The notes under the pieces were generated by a model that was not told the DNA's origin, searched no databases, and saw only the letters and a program-made list of their open reading frames with translations. A DNA stretch of 64,000 bases from Basidiobolus meristosporus CBS 931.73 (Eukaryota; Fungi; Basidiobolomycota), in contig MCFE01000053.1 of the NCBI GenBank assembly GCA_002104905.1, positions 1-64,000 of the forward strand, in the 5' to 3' direction. Of the stretch, positions 36,218 to 48,299 are shown piece after piece; position 1 is the first letter of the stretch, and each line of letters starts with the position of its first letter. Made by a program: the position numbers and the translations under genes.

Positions 36218-37742
36218 ATGACAGAAAACAAAACTACCTCAGCTCCACTAAAGGATACTCCTTCAACAGTAGGAAACTTGCCGCTAGAAGCCCAGCACTT
36301 TTCTGCAACAAACGCTTCCGATAAAAGCAACGCGGGAACCGAGGAATTAGCCAGCGCTCTAAGCAAGACCACCTTGAACGACCAAAGCAGCAATGTCGTT
36401 CAACAGGTTAGTATGAATTGAATAAGCTGCACATCCCATCCGTTTCAGTAACAGTATATTAACTTAGGCCGAAACTGCGTCTAAAGTGGAGTCAAGTAAC
36501 AGACCCTTGGAGGCCCCAGGATATTCTAATTCACCCGGAATCTACCTCCCTGGAGAGAATGCCGAATTCAAATATCCAGAGGGCAACAGACCCTTGGAAA
36601 ATGTACCTGCTAGTATGATTCATCCTTCGGAGACGCCCTACGTTCCGAGCATTTATCGTGCAAATACACCCTGGATGCCTGGAGAGCAAGAGGAACTCCA
36701 AAAGCAGAAGAGTGAGGAGCCCACCAAAACACAGCATGAATATTGGAATCGCCTCGACCACTTTTCGCAGGTATTCCCTATCATATCCCAAGCCCGCTCT
36801 CTGATGCAATTGGCAGTTGGTGATACCCAAGGGGCCAAGCAAACACAAAGCAACTTCATCAACCGATTCCTAGAGGGAGTTGCTGGCAAGCTTCCCGAAG
36901 CCCCTGATCTTACGAATCGCTCAAAGTGGATGGAGGAAACTGCCACTTGTGTCCCGGAATTTGGAAATAAAAAGCTCTACGAAATCTCAATCCCTGCCAC
37001 ACACAACTCGGCAACATACATCACCATTCAAGCAGGCTCGCCTTGGGTTGTGTGTCAACGTCACTCCATCTACAATCAACTCCGTGGTGGAATTCGCTCC
37101 TTGGATTTCCGTGTTTGTGATGATTCAGGGGATGGGAATCTCTGGGTCAGCCACGGCTCACTGTGTAGTCATTTGATCAACCACCTGGAAGAAATCAAAC
37201 AATTCCTACACGAGAACCCCAAAGAGATAGTGCTGTTGCTGATGAAGAAAGATTGGGACAGGAAGCTATCCACCGACGGCCTCGCTACTCTCAAGCGGAT
37301 CATTCTAAACTTCTTCGGAACCAAACTGATCACCAAAAAAGAGATGCTGGAGTCGAGTGTCTCGGAATTGATGAGCCAAGGGAAACAGCTCGGATTCTAC
37401 CATGAGAGTTTGAAGTTTGGCGAGCCAATCGAGCTCTTACCTACCAATTGGTCCTGGGACAAAACCCACTATGACGTCGTAGAGCCATTGTTCGAGGAGC
37501 TTATCAAATGGGGAGAAGAACAGAAATACGAAAACAAGCAGTTCACCGCGTTGGAATGCATCCTGACCCCATCGGTTCACTCGGTTGTCACCACGTTGCG
37601 TCCGCTTAGCGAGGTGACCAAGCCAGTCCATGAAAAACTGCTGGAATTGCTTAGAAGCAACTGGACTGCCCAAACCAACGTGATCACTTTCGACTATTGC
37701 CCCGATGCGATTATCGAAGAGGTGATCAAGAGAAATTTCTAA
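36218..37742 (+). CDS. PI-PLC X-domain phosphodiesterase with long N-terminal extension (intron 36407-36467)
   Basis: ISIPATHNSATY, QLRGGIRSLDFRV, WVSHG (both catalytic His motifs), FLHENPKEIVLL. No signal peptide. Confidence 0.85.
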
Positions 37743-37932
37743 TGTGAGCGACCCAGCAGCTACCTGAACTTTATCCACCTTCCCTACTAGGTAGAGGCGA
37801 TATTACGTGAGATCTCCCCGATCAGCTCTGCTTTGCTTCACTGAGTTTATTTGTTCTTAAACAAGAAGGAGATGTATACGTATAACCTCTATTCCCTTGT
37901 AGAAATAAATTTCAAGATATGCATAAATCACT

Positions 37933-40008
37933 TTAGTAGACCTTGGTTGGTGTAGGGGATGCGTATCCCGGCGACGATGATGTTGTTGGTTGACTACCGT
38001 AATCGCCTGACGGTTGTTTGGGCTTTCCTCCGCTGCCAGAAGGCTTCTTTGAATCGCTATAACCGCTAGATGGTTGCTTAGGCGACCCACCACCGCCAGA
38101 AGGCTTCTTTGAATTACCGTAATTCCCGGGTGACTGTTTGGGTGATCCGCTACCAACGGACGGCTCCTTTGGCTTTCCTTCACCGGCCGAGGGTTTCTTC
38201 GAATCACCATAGCCGCTAGATGGATACTTGGGCGATCCACCACCACCAGAAGGCTTCTTTGAACTTCCGTAATCGCTGGATGGTTTTGGTGACCCGCTGC
38301 CACCGGCAGGCTTCTTGGGTTTTCCTCCACTGTCTGAGGGTTTCTTTGAATCACCATAACCGCTAGATGGTTGCTTGGGCGATCCACTACCACCAGAAGG
38401 CTTCTTTGAATTACCGTAATTGCCGGGTGGCTGTTTGGGTGATCCGCCACCAGCGGACGGTTCCTTTGGCTTTCCTTCACCGGCCGAGGGTTTCTTCGAA
38501 TCACCATAGCCGTTAGATGGATGCTTGGGCGATCCGCCACCATCAGAAGGCTTCTTTGGGTTACCGTAATTGCTGGATGGTTGTTTGGGTGATCCGCTAC
38601 CACCGGACGGTTGCTCAGTCTTTCCTCCACCGCCTGAAGGTTTCTTTGAATCACCATAACCGCTAGATGGTTGCTTGGGCGATCCACCACCACCGGAAGG
38701 CTTCTTTGAACTTCCGTAATCGCTGGATGGTTTTGGTGACCCGCTGCCGCCAGCAGGCTTCTTGGGTTTTCCTCCACTGCCCGAGGGTTCCTCTGATGAT
38801 TTTGGTGATCCGCTACCGCCAGAGGGCTTCTTGGTCTTTTCTCCATTACTTTTGGGTTTTGGGGAACCACCGTAGGCCCCAGACGGCTGCTTCGGCGACC
38901 CGCCACCACCAGAGGGGTTTGGGGCGCTTCCATAATCTCCAGTAGGCTGCTTTGAATTGCCATAGTCTCCGGCAGGTTGCTTTGGTGACCCGCTGCCGCT
39001 TGAACTACCATATTCCCCACCAGCTGTAGGTTGCTTCGGGTTTCCGTAGGCACCAGAGGACGGTGTAGGCATTGCACTATTGCTGGAAGGATATTTTCCA
39101 CCTCCGGATCCGTTGATACTATATGGATTAGCACGTTTGTATACTCCGTAACCTCCGCCAGAACTTTTTGGAGTGGGTGTAGTGGAATGTGTACCAATAG
39201 TGGTGGAATCACAGCTCGTAGTGCCGGTACCAGGAACTGAAGGGGTAGGTGATCCTTTGCCACTTCCTCCTTTCGATTGGGACTTTGAGATGTGACTCTC
39301 TTTGGAAGTAGGGTAACTACCATTACCGGTAGTTGTACTACAATCTTGGCTATTAGAGGCCGATGTCCCTCCATTTGATGTAGGATAACCAGTGTTTTGG
39401 CTATTTGGGGCCGATGTCCCTCCATTTGATGTAGGATAACCAGTGTTTTTCGCTGGGATAAATTTTACTCTACCTTTCCCTGAAGCCTTTTTGGAACTAA
39501 CCCCAGCGGTAGTACTACAGTCTTTGGCGGCTTTGCTAGGCTTCCTGGCGCCCCCTTCTCCCTTATGGCCACCAGATCTGGCCTTGCTGATCTTGGAGTG
39601 TAACCCGAAATCAAATGAGCTGTCCGTAGAAGAATCGCCATTTGGTGGATGGGTTGGTTTGGTAGATTGTGTTGCACTCTTGGTAGTGCAGTCACTTTTT
39701 GGCTTCTTGCTATGCATTTTACCACTTGCGGTCATCTGACTTGTAGGCTCAACATAGGATTGGCAATTACAAGTGGGTGTCGCGGAGGAGTGCGGGACTG
39801 ATTTACTTTTTGTAACCCCACCTCCGTAAGCCATCGATCCGGTGTTATAGGCCATAATTCCGGAAGTTGGGGTTGAAGCGGTTGAGGTTTCACAGGTTGT
39901 CTGACTATCACCACCATTTCCAGTATGGTAGGGACTGTTTTTATGAACAGTAGGCATTGGCACTGCCGCTACCATGGTGCAGAAAAGAAAGCCTGCCAGA
40001 AGTCTCAT
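37933..40008 (-). CDS. Secreted G/S/P/K/Y-rich repeat protein (resilin/extensin-like)
   Basis: Signal peptide MRLLAGFLFCTMVAA; internal VYKR site; C-terminal tandem units such as KKPSGGGGSPKQPSSGYGDS. 691-codon ORF without stops. Confidence 0.88.
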   Translation of the reverse strand: MRLLAGFLFCTMVAAVPMPTVHKNSPYHTGNGGDSQTTCETSTASTPTSGIMAYNTGSMAYGGGVTKSKSVPHSSATPTCNCQSYVEPTSQMTASGKMHSKKPKSDCTTKSATQSTKPTHPPNGDSSTDSSFDFGLHSKISKARSGGHKGEGGARKPSKAAKDCSTTAGVSSKKASGKGRVKFIPAKNTGYPTSNGGTSAPNSQNTGYPTSNGGTSASNSQDCSTTTGNGSYPTSKESHISKSQSKGGSGKGSPTPSVPGTGTTSCDSTTIGTHSTTPTPKSSGGGYGVYKRANPYSINGSGGGKYPSSNSAMPTPSSGAYGNPKQPTAGGEYGSSSGSGSPKQPAGDYGNSKQPTGDYGSAPNPSGGGGSPKQPSGAYGGSPKPKSNGEKTKKPSGGSGSPKSSEEPSGSGGKPKKPAGGSGSPKPSSDYGSSKKPSGGGGSPKQPSSGYGDSKKPSGGGGKTEQPSGGSGSPKQPSSNYGNPKKPSDGGGSPKHPSNGYGDSKKPSAGEGKPKEPSAGGGSPKQPPGNYGNSKKPSGGSGSPKQPSSGYGDSKKPSDSGGKPKKPAGGSGSPKPSSDYGSSKKPSGGGGSPKYPSSGYGDSKKPSAGEGKPKEPSVGSGSPKQSPGNYGNSKKPSGGGGSPKQPSSGYSDSKKPSGSGGKPKQPSGDYGSQPTTSSSPGYASPTPTKVY

Positions 40009-40842
40009 GTTGTAGTTGAAATGGGATGGGTCAATGTCAAATTGACTTCGTGTTGATGCTCTGTGGACACATCGTCGTCGCCTCTTATACCTCCACTGAA
40101 TGCCCAGGGGACCCGGATGAGGCCTTTAATTAATTTTGCTAGGGGCCTAGGGCTGGCCTCTTGAATCAACAACATGTAGAGTCCGAGAAGTGCTCCTCGC
40201 GACGTCGGTGAGATGTTTGAATCAATGTTTGTAGCCGAAGACATCTGTTCCTTAAATTATATCATTAATTTGGAACCTGGGTGTGGTGAAGATGCAACTA
40301 GGACCCGATCTATTGTATAAGCACGTTTAAAGGAGGCTTATGCTAGGGTCACCCAACACTTCCACGATTGCGGTAATAACCAACTTCCAATACCGATTTC
40401 AATCATGGACATGTGGTAGCTAGCCGAATTCGGATATTTTTGCAAACAGATCCCTGCTATTGGCGGAAATGCCTTTGATTGTTCTATTCTACCTGACATC
40501 CAGAATCTACCAATAGTGAGGACCAAGGATGGGATACAAGGGAAAATAGGGAAAATAGGGAAATTAAGAGTACGGTAAGTACACCAACACCTATTGGGTA
40601 TATATATATAGTAAACGGTATCAATATTGTAATAAATTGGGAAATTTAAGTTATCCTAATTCAGGTTGGCGACTCCGAGTTGTGTCAAACTATGGGGCTA
40701 ATGGAAAATACCAAAAATCTCCTCAAACTCCTTTACCTCCCTTTCGCCTCTTTACCCTGATTTTTGTCTACCATTTGCTACTTTACCTTCACCCACTTTG
40801 GTGTTCTACCGGTATAGTGTCCCTATCTATAACTATCTCAAA

Positions 40843-41677
40843 ATGACCAACAAATGCAAATCAGTTTGGCAATACTTTGAACGTCTTGAACCTAAAACTA
40901 AGGGCTCTCAGCATCGTGCCAAATGCCGGTATTGCCCACATGAGTTCAATGGCCAACCTGCCCGTATGATAAAGCATCTGCAAAGCCGCTGTTCAGGTTG
41001 TCCCATTGAGGTACGAGAAGCCCTTGCTGCCCAGGAAGATTACTCTACCCCTACAAAGAAGCCTTGCCTCGAATCCGTTCTCCAGCTCACTAATTCTGGT
41101 TCACATCCTCATACACCCATCCTCCAGCAAATTCCTCATTTGGATTCAACTCCGTCCTCCATCGTCTCAGCACCCCTTACTATAAGTACGCCTTCCAACA
41201 TGGCAACCCTACAGACGATGGCAACTGAAAGCAAACACATGAATGCACCGACTATGCATATGTCAAGCTTGAAAAGCAGCAACGACACGTCCATGAACCT
41301 CCATAATCAGATCCATGATCAATTCCATACGCAGATTCGAAGCCAGGATAGCCCCACTGTGAACGAAATAAACGTGTCTCAAGATCGAATCGAAAAGGAG
41401 CTTGTCGACGCTACTATTGCCAGAACCTTTTACACCACAGGAATCCCATTCTCGGTGATAGAAAATCCGGCATTCATGGAGCTACTGCATACTCTGCGGC
41501 CAGACTACACCCCGCCTTCGCGCAAAGAGTTGGCGGCTATATTCGTAGAGCAAGATTTGTGGCTTTGCAAGGAGACCCCAGCAAAGTAAGTGACGCATTT
41601 CAATGCAGGCTGATGGCGATATTAACCATGCGTTTCCTCACCATAGTAGATTGAATAGCAACATGACTCGTAGGTAG
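40843..41677 (+). CDS. BED zinc-finger protein derived from a hAT transposase N-terminus
   Basis: SVWQYF...KCRYC...MIKHLQSRC (BED) and IARTFYTTGIPFSVIENPAFMELLHTLRPDYTPPSRKEL. Predicted intron 41586-41646; the unspliced ORF ends at 41589. Confidence 0.8.
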
Positions 41678-41831
41678 AAAATAAGCATCGCAATCTACCA
41701 AATGTATATTTTCCGGATTTCTTTGGTTTTGTTTATATACCCATTAAACAGATATGGAGGTTATCAAATCAATCTTTATTAGTTTCGTAAAAATATCCTT
41801 ATGTACATGAAATAGTCAACGTCGATGTGAA

Positions 41832-42254
<423 letters not shown>

Positions 42255-42326
42255 TCAGAATAGCGAAGTAGAGGGAAGGGAGCACCCTTTTTATATTCTG
42301 CTCATTTGATGAAAATCGAAATCAAG

Positions 42327-42379
42327 ACGCGACTATCTATCACGCAAAGCGCGTCAATCACTTTCGCGGAGACACGCGA
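42327..42379. promoter_or_regulatory. Cluster of four CGCG cores (MCB/E2F-like) in the H3-SET bidirectional promoter
   Basis: ACGCGA (42327), GCGCGT (42349), TTTCGCGG (42362) and ACGCGA (42374) within 53 bp; function is inferred. Confidence 0.5.
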
Positions 42380-42559
42380 TCCCGTACAATTACCTAGCGC
42401 AACATGCTTCAGTAAAAATAACCCCAATCAATCAAAATTGATCGAATACGTTGTTGGGATATTTACCCAACACACCAAGTCCAGTTTGACTGTTTCATAC
42501 ACACGTGACCCGCCCTATGAATATGTAGAATTGGAAAATGACGAACGAATATTGCTTTC

Positions 42560-43069
42560 ATGGTCGACACAAAGCGTAAGTCACATTTGCAATAATAAAG
42601 ATATATTGGCCACTGAAATATTTGAACCCAAGCACCCTTCAAGGTATCCCAAAGTGACAAGAATATTGCTCGTTCTCTTCGGCTGGTTGCCACTCGAGAA
42701 TTCAAAGAAGGGGACATCATCAGCAAGATTGAGGGAAAGCCCGCTTCTGACATATGTTACCATACTGTCCAAGTTGACGAGGACAAACATATTGAATTGA
42801 CCAATGATTTGACATATTGTAACCATAGCTGCGAACCCACCACTATTCTAGACACCACCCGCATGGTTGTTGTAGCCCTGAAGGATTTGAAGGAGGGAGA
42901 CGAGCTTACATTTTTCTACCCTTCCAGTGAGTGGGATATGGCCGAGTCATTCAACTGTGCCTGTGGCTCCAGTCAATGTATTCATGTGGTGAAGGGGGCC
43001 AAATACACAGCACCAGAGGTGTTGTCAAGATACTTCATCAATGAGCATATTCGAAAGCAGCTTGAATAA
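42560..43069 (+). CDS. Small stand-alone SET-domain protein with post-SET zinc motif (intron 42576-42632)
   Basis: Spliced: MVDTKP PFKVSQ...RLVATREFKEGDII...TYCNHSCEP...ALKDLKEGDELTFFYPSSEW...FNCACGSSQC; about 150 aa. Confidence 0.87.
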
Positions 43070-43490
43070 ATATTTTCATAAATTGGCTTAATCCAGAGGA
43101 CAAGCCCCCACACAGGAAATTCTGCTAGGAATTGTGGGGCCCAATGGTGCGGCCATACGGGGCGAAGGCTTTGGGTGAGTGGAGCAAATGGTGTGGATGA
43201 TATTAATAGTGCTAATGCTGACCAATTTAAGAATGGTGGTCACTAATTTGGTTTTGACATTTGACATTGAAGGCCTGAAATTTTTGATTCCGCTATATCC
43301 CCGCAGTTCTATGCTCCCCCAAAAAAGAAATTTTGGACTCTGGTCAAAAAATTTTGTCACTTTACGCGATAAAGTAGAGGCTTTGTTCACCAGGCCATCT
43401 TGTCCTATACCCCTTTCTCAGGCTCCAGACTCACAGTAACTTGGCTACAGTTTACTGTGTTTGTTTTACTTTTCTCAACTTCTAGTAACC

Positions 43491-45822
43491 ATGGCCACTT
43501 TCTTGCGTTCGTTCTTGCGCGGTGGTAACACCGCTCTCGGTGGGTTTGCTCGCGCCTCCCCCATTTTGAAAGCCGAGGGCCATAACATTATGCGCGCTTC
43601 GGCCTTCAAGTTCCAGACCCGTTGGGCCTCCGACGAAGCCAACTGCCCCAACCCTTCCGAGCTACAGAAGCTCAAGAAAATGAGAAACATTGGTATTTCC
43701 GCCCATATTGATTCCGGAAAGACCACCCTTTCAGAACGTATTCTCTACTATACCGGCCGTATCAAGGACGTCCACGAAGTCCGAGGCAGAGACAACGTTG
43801 GTGCTACCATGGACTGGATGGAGTTGGAGAGAGAGAAGGGTATTACTATCCAATCTGCTGCTACCCATTGCCAGTGGGGAGACAACCAAATCAATATCAT
43901 TGATACCCCTGGTACGTTTTGTGAAGGCTCATGCTCTTTTCCAACACACCTGTTTACCTGTTTCCCTTTTATTAGGTCACGTTGACTTTACTATTGAGGT
44001 CGAGCGTGCTTTGAGAGTTCTCGATGGTGCTGTCCTTGTGCTTTGCGCCGTTAGTGGTGTCCAGAGTCAAACCATCACTGTGGATCGTCAGATGAAGAGA
44101 TACAATGTTCCCCGTATTTCCTTCGTTAACAAGATGGACAGACCAGGCGCAAACCCATTCAGAATCATCGATCAAATCAGAACCAAGCTCAAGCTTCACT
44201 CCGCCGCCCTTCAAATCCCCATCGGTAGCGAGGACTCCTTCTCGGGAGTTGTCGATTTGATCCGCATGAAGGCCATCTATAATGAGGGCGAGAGAGGTGT
44301 CAATGTCGTGGAGAAGGAAATCCCCGAGAATCTCGTGGAGTTGGCTCAGGATAAGCACAACGAGCTTGTTGAATGCTTAGCTGATGTCGATGACGAGATT
44401 GCCGACATCTTCCTGAACGAGGAGAAGCCTACTGCCGAACAACTTACCGATGCTGTTCGTAGAGCCACTATCGCCAGAAAGTTCACCCCCGTCTTGATGG
44501 GTTCTGCCATCAAGAACACTAGTGTGCAAGCTCTTCTTGATGCCGTTTGCGCGTATCTTCCCAACCCTACCGAGGTAGAGAATTATGCCTTGGATCTTCA
44601 CAAGGGTGAGGAGAAGGTTGCTTTGATTCCTTACTCCAACCAGCCATTTGTTGGCCTCGCTTTCAAGCTCGAAGAAGGCAAGTACGGACAGTTGACCTAC
44701 CTCAGAGTCTACCAAGGTTGCTTGAAGAAGGGTGCCTTCTTGACTCACGCCAAGACTGGCAAGAAGATCAAGATGCCTAGATTGGTAAGAATGCACTCCA
44801 ACGAGATGGAGGACGTTGACTACGTCGGCGCTGGTGATATCTGTGCCATGTTTGGTATTGACTGTGCCTCCGGTGATACCTTTACTGATGGTCAATTGGC
44901 TTACTCCATGACCTCCATGTTCGTCCCCGAGCCAGTCATTTCCCTTTCCCTGACCCCCAAGTCCAAGGATACCGCCAACTTCTCCAAGGCTTTGAACCGT
45001 TTCCAGAAGGAAGATCCCACATTCAGAGTCCACGTCGACTCGGAAAGTAAGGAGACCATCATCTCCGGAATGGGCGAGCTCCATCTTGATATTTACGTTG
45101 AGCGTATGAAGCGCGAATACAACGTTGACTGCGTTACCGGCAAACCACGTGTCGCCTTCAGAGAGACCATTACTCAGGCTGCCGACTTCAACTACACCCA
45201 CAAGAAGCAATCTGGAGGTGCTGGTCAGTTCGGTAGAGTTATCGGTCGCATTGAGCCTATGGAGGCCAATGAGGAAGGAGAGAGTGTCGAATTCGTCAAC
45301 GAAGTCGTCGGTGGCAACATTCCATCCAACTTCATCCCTGCCTGCGAAAGAGGATTCAAGGAGGGATTGGAAAAGGGTTTCCTTATTGGTCACCCCGTCA
45401 CTGGTACCAAGATGATCTTGAAGGATGGTCTTGCTCACGCTGTTGATTCCAGTGAATTGGCCTTCAAACTGGCCACTTTCTATGCCTTCCGTGAGGTTTA
45501 CAAGCAAGCCAAGCCCGTTATCATGGAGCCAGTCATGAATGTTGGAATCACCGCACCTGTTGAATTCCAGGGTGCTGTACTTGGCTCCGTTAACAAGCGC
45601 AAGGGAACCATTGTCGATACCGAAGTCCAAGAGGACTACTTCAGTGCCACCTGCGAAGTCTCCCTCAACAACATGTTTGGTTATGCGACCGAGCTTCGCT
45701 CCGCCACCCAAGGCAAGGGTGAGTTCACCATGGAGTACAAGACCCACGCTCCAGTCCTACCCTACGTGCAGGAGGAACTTATTGAGGAATATAGAAAGAA
45801 GAGAGAGGCCGAAAACAAATAG
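43491..45822 (+). CDS. MEF1: Mitochondrial elongation factor G1 (intron 43912-43975)
   Basis: Presequence; [20 protein letters not shown]|[40 protein letters not shown]. Confidence 0.96.
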
Positions 45823-46518
45823 ATTACTCTCGCTCCCCATCCCCATCCCCAATCATAACATCTTTTTCATCGTTTACATCACATACTCAATCTTTATATC
45901 CAAGTTGATGGTCATGGTATTTTCATGTTGCATTTCGGGCGTTCTTAACTTTGTAGCTTTGGTACCTTCGTTTATATTCACGGCTTGCGCATCCATTCAA
46001 TGTATTCATAGAAATAATCATTTTCAAATAAACATCCATTGCGGCAGCCATAACCAATCCTTCCATAGGAACCGAGTGTCTACTTAAGCTTATCATCGTG
46101 GATGCTTGCGTTCTCTTATCAGGCTTGAAATAGGTTCGCGCTGGAAGAGGATTTATTTCAGGAACCCTCTATCATGTCAAGCACAGCCAGTGAGTGTGGT
46201 TGGGCTAATGGATTCTCCGGACTGGAAGGGCCTTTTTTTCGGGTCCTTTCGGATCCAATCGTTTTGGAAGACTGATCATAGGTTAGAATTGCCATAAATG
46301 GTCTTTATCCCGGCGATTGGCTGGTAACTGGTCAAGGCGATGTATAAAAAGGTACTAGTGGAAAGAGGAGAATTCAATGCTGTCATTTGTAAAATCCCTT
46401 CAGGTTCATAGAGTATAATCGTTTCCCTGTCATTCCCTAGAATTTGTCACCTTTCAGTTGGACATATTCTACCCCTTTTTCCTTTCTCTTTTCCGATTTA
46501 TGGTGTGTTAGAGTAATA

Positions 46519-47929
46519 ATGGATGGATACTACCGATCCAATAGTTCATCGACCGTAGGTAGTCAGTTGGAGCATGTGTTGTATTTAAGCGGAGATACGT
46601 CGAACTACCCTTCCCAAGGGTATCCGCAAGAGATCTGTCTGTCTAACGAGTGCGAGCTCGTTCAGAGGCAGGATATCTGCTTTCCAATTGTAGAGCCGAA
46701 AGAGAATAGTCGATTTGATGCCGGAGCGCTAGAAGAATACCTTGGCGCGGGAAAAAAGGCTCACAAGCATGCTAGCATGAACATGAAAGGCTTCTCAATA
46801 CACGAGGCCGAGCCTAATAGCGGATGCCAAGTCACATATTTTTCCCCCAACACGGGAAGTATCAAGGCCAGCACCCTCGCCTCTTTGACCGCGGAGAAGT
46901 TGGGGGTGAAGGAGCTGTTGAACCTCGACCTCTACTGGATCGACTTTCTCAATCCTAGCTATTCGGAATTGAAGTGGATCGGAAAGGTCTTTCACATCCA
47001 TCCGCTCACCATCGAGGACATCCAGGGGGCGGAGAGCCGCGAGAAATACGAATCTTTCCGCAACTACTACTTCGTGAGTTTACAGACGTTCAGCCCCAAC
47101 GGGTACTCCGAGGACGGCTACACCAATTTGGACCACCCAATCAGTGTCTACAACATCGTGATGAAACACTGCATCCTCACCTTCCACTTCGCGCCCATCC
47201 GGCACACCGAGAAAGTGCTGACCAGATATTCCCACCTCAAGGACTACCTGGTTCTTTCCCCGGATTGGATCAACTACGCGCTGATGGATTCCGTGGTGGA
47301 TGATTTCATCCCCATCGCGGAGAACTTGGAGCTCGAGGCGGATTCGATCGACGAGCTGGTCTTCATTCTCAAAGAATCGGAGCAGGCCGATATGCTGCGT
47401 AGGATTGGCAAAGCAAGAAAATCCCTATCCGGACTGCTTGGCATCTTGAAACCCAAGGCGGAAGTGGTCAAGACCGTCATCAAACGTATCGACGCGTTGA
47501 AGTCTGAGGCGAAAAGTGATATCAAGCTGTACCTCGGCGACGTTCAAGGTATTTCCATCCAACTTTGATGCCCCCCAACTTCGGTGTGTTAACCGTCTTC
47601 TCTTACGTAATATAGACCACATCTTGACCATGATTCAAAGTGCTGGGCATTTTGAAACCATCCTGTCACGTGCCCACTCCAATTACTTGGCCCAGATCTC
47701 CATCGAGATCACCCAAGGAAGCAATGCCATGAACGATGTGCTTGGGAAGTTGAGTATCTTGGCTACAGTCTTGGTTCCGATGAGTCTTATCACTGGTATA
47801 TGGGGGATGAACGTACCAGTTCCAGGGGAGAGCTCAACGGGCCTCGGATGGTTTTTCGGGATCGTGGGTTTCATGGTCTTTGGGCTCATCGTTAGTATCT
47901 GCTATTTTGTGAAAGCAAAGGTGATTTGA
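46519..47929 (+). CDS. CorA-family Mg2+ transporter, ALR1/MNR2 type (intron 47549-47615)
   Basis: YWIDF...FHIHPLTIED...REK, WINYALMDSVVD, MLRRIG, two C-terminal TM helices with signature GIWGMN. Confidence 0.92.
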
Positions 47930-48299
47930 TCCGTGCCAAATAATATACAACGCCATATGTATTCACAAACCTCACTCATGTACAGTCCCCGTTGTGTTGG
48001 GATGAACTAGACCAGGAATTCTCCAATAGCTTTGTAATAAACCACTTTAATGCTTCAAATTAGCTTGTTTATTTCTAAGGCAAAGCAACAATGAGCGCTA
48101 CCGTGTTGTAACGATAAGCATAGGGTTGAGATGATTTGAAATGGGTTGATGCACGGAATGGTTTCGTTCCTTGGTGACTTGAGGAGGGGGGGGGGTGTAG
48201 TAGGTGGCTGAACATCCGAAAGACTTTACATCAAAATGTGAAATATACGTGGAAATACTAGCAAACTATATGCAATGATTGGATTGGGCGGGGTGGGTA

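Noticed and set aside
44377-45747. Long antisense or alternate-frame ORFs over conserved genes (456 aa here; also 18402-19526 and 48279-49067)
   Set aside because: They shadow MEF1, DRS1 and MUT, as expected from biased codon usage, and show no recognisable motifs.
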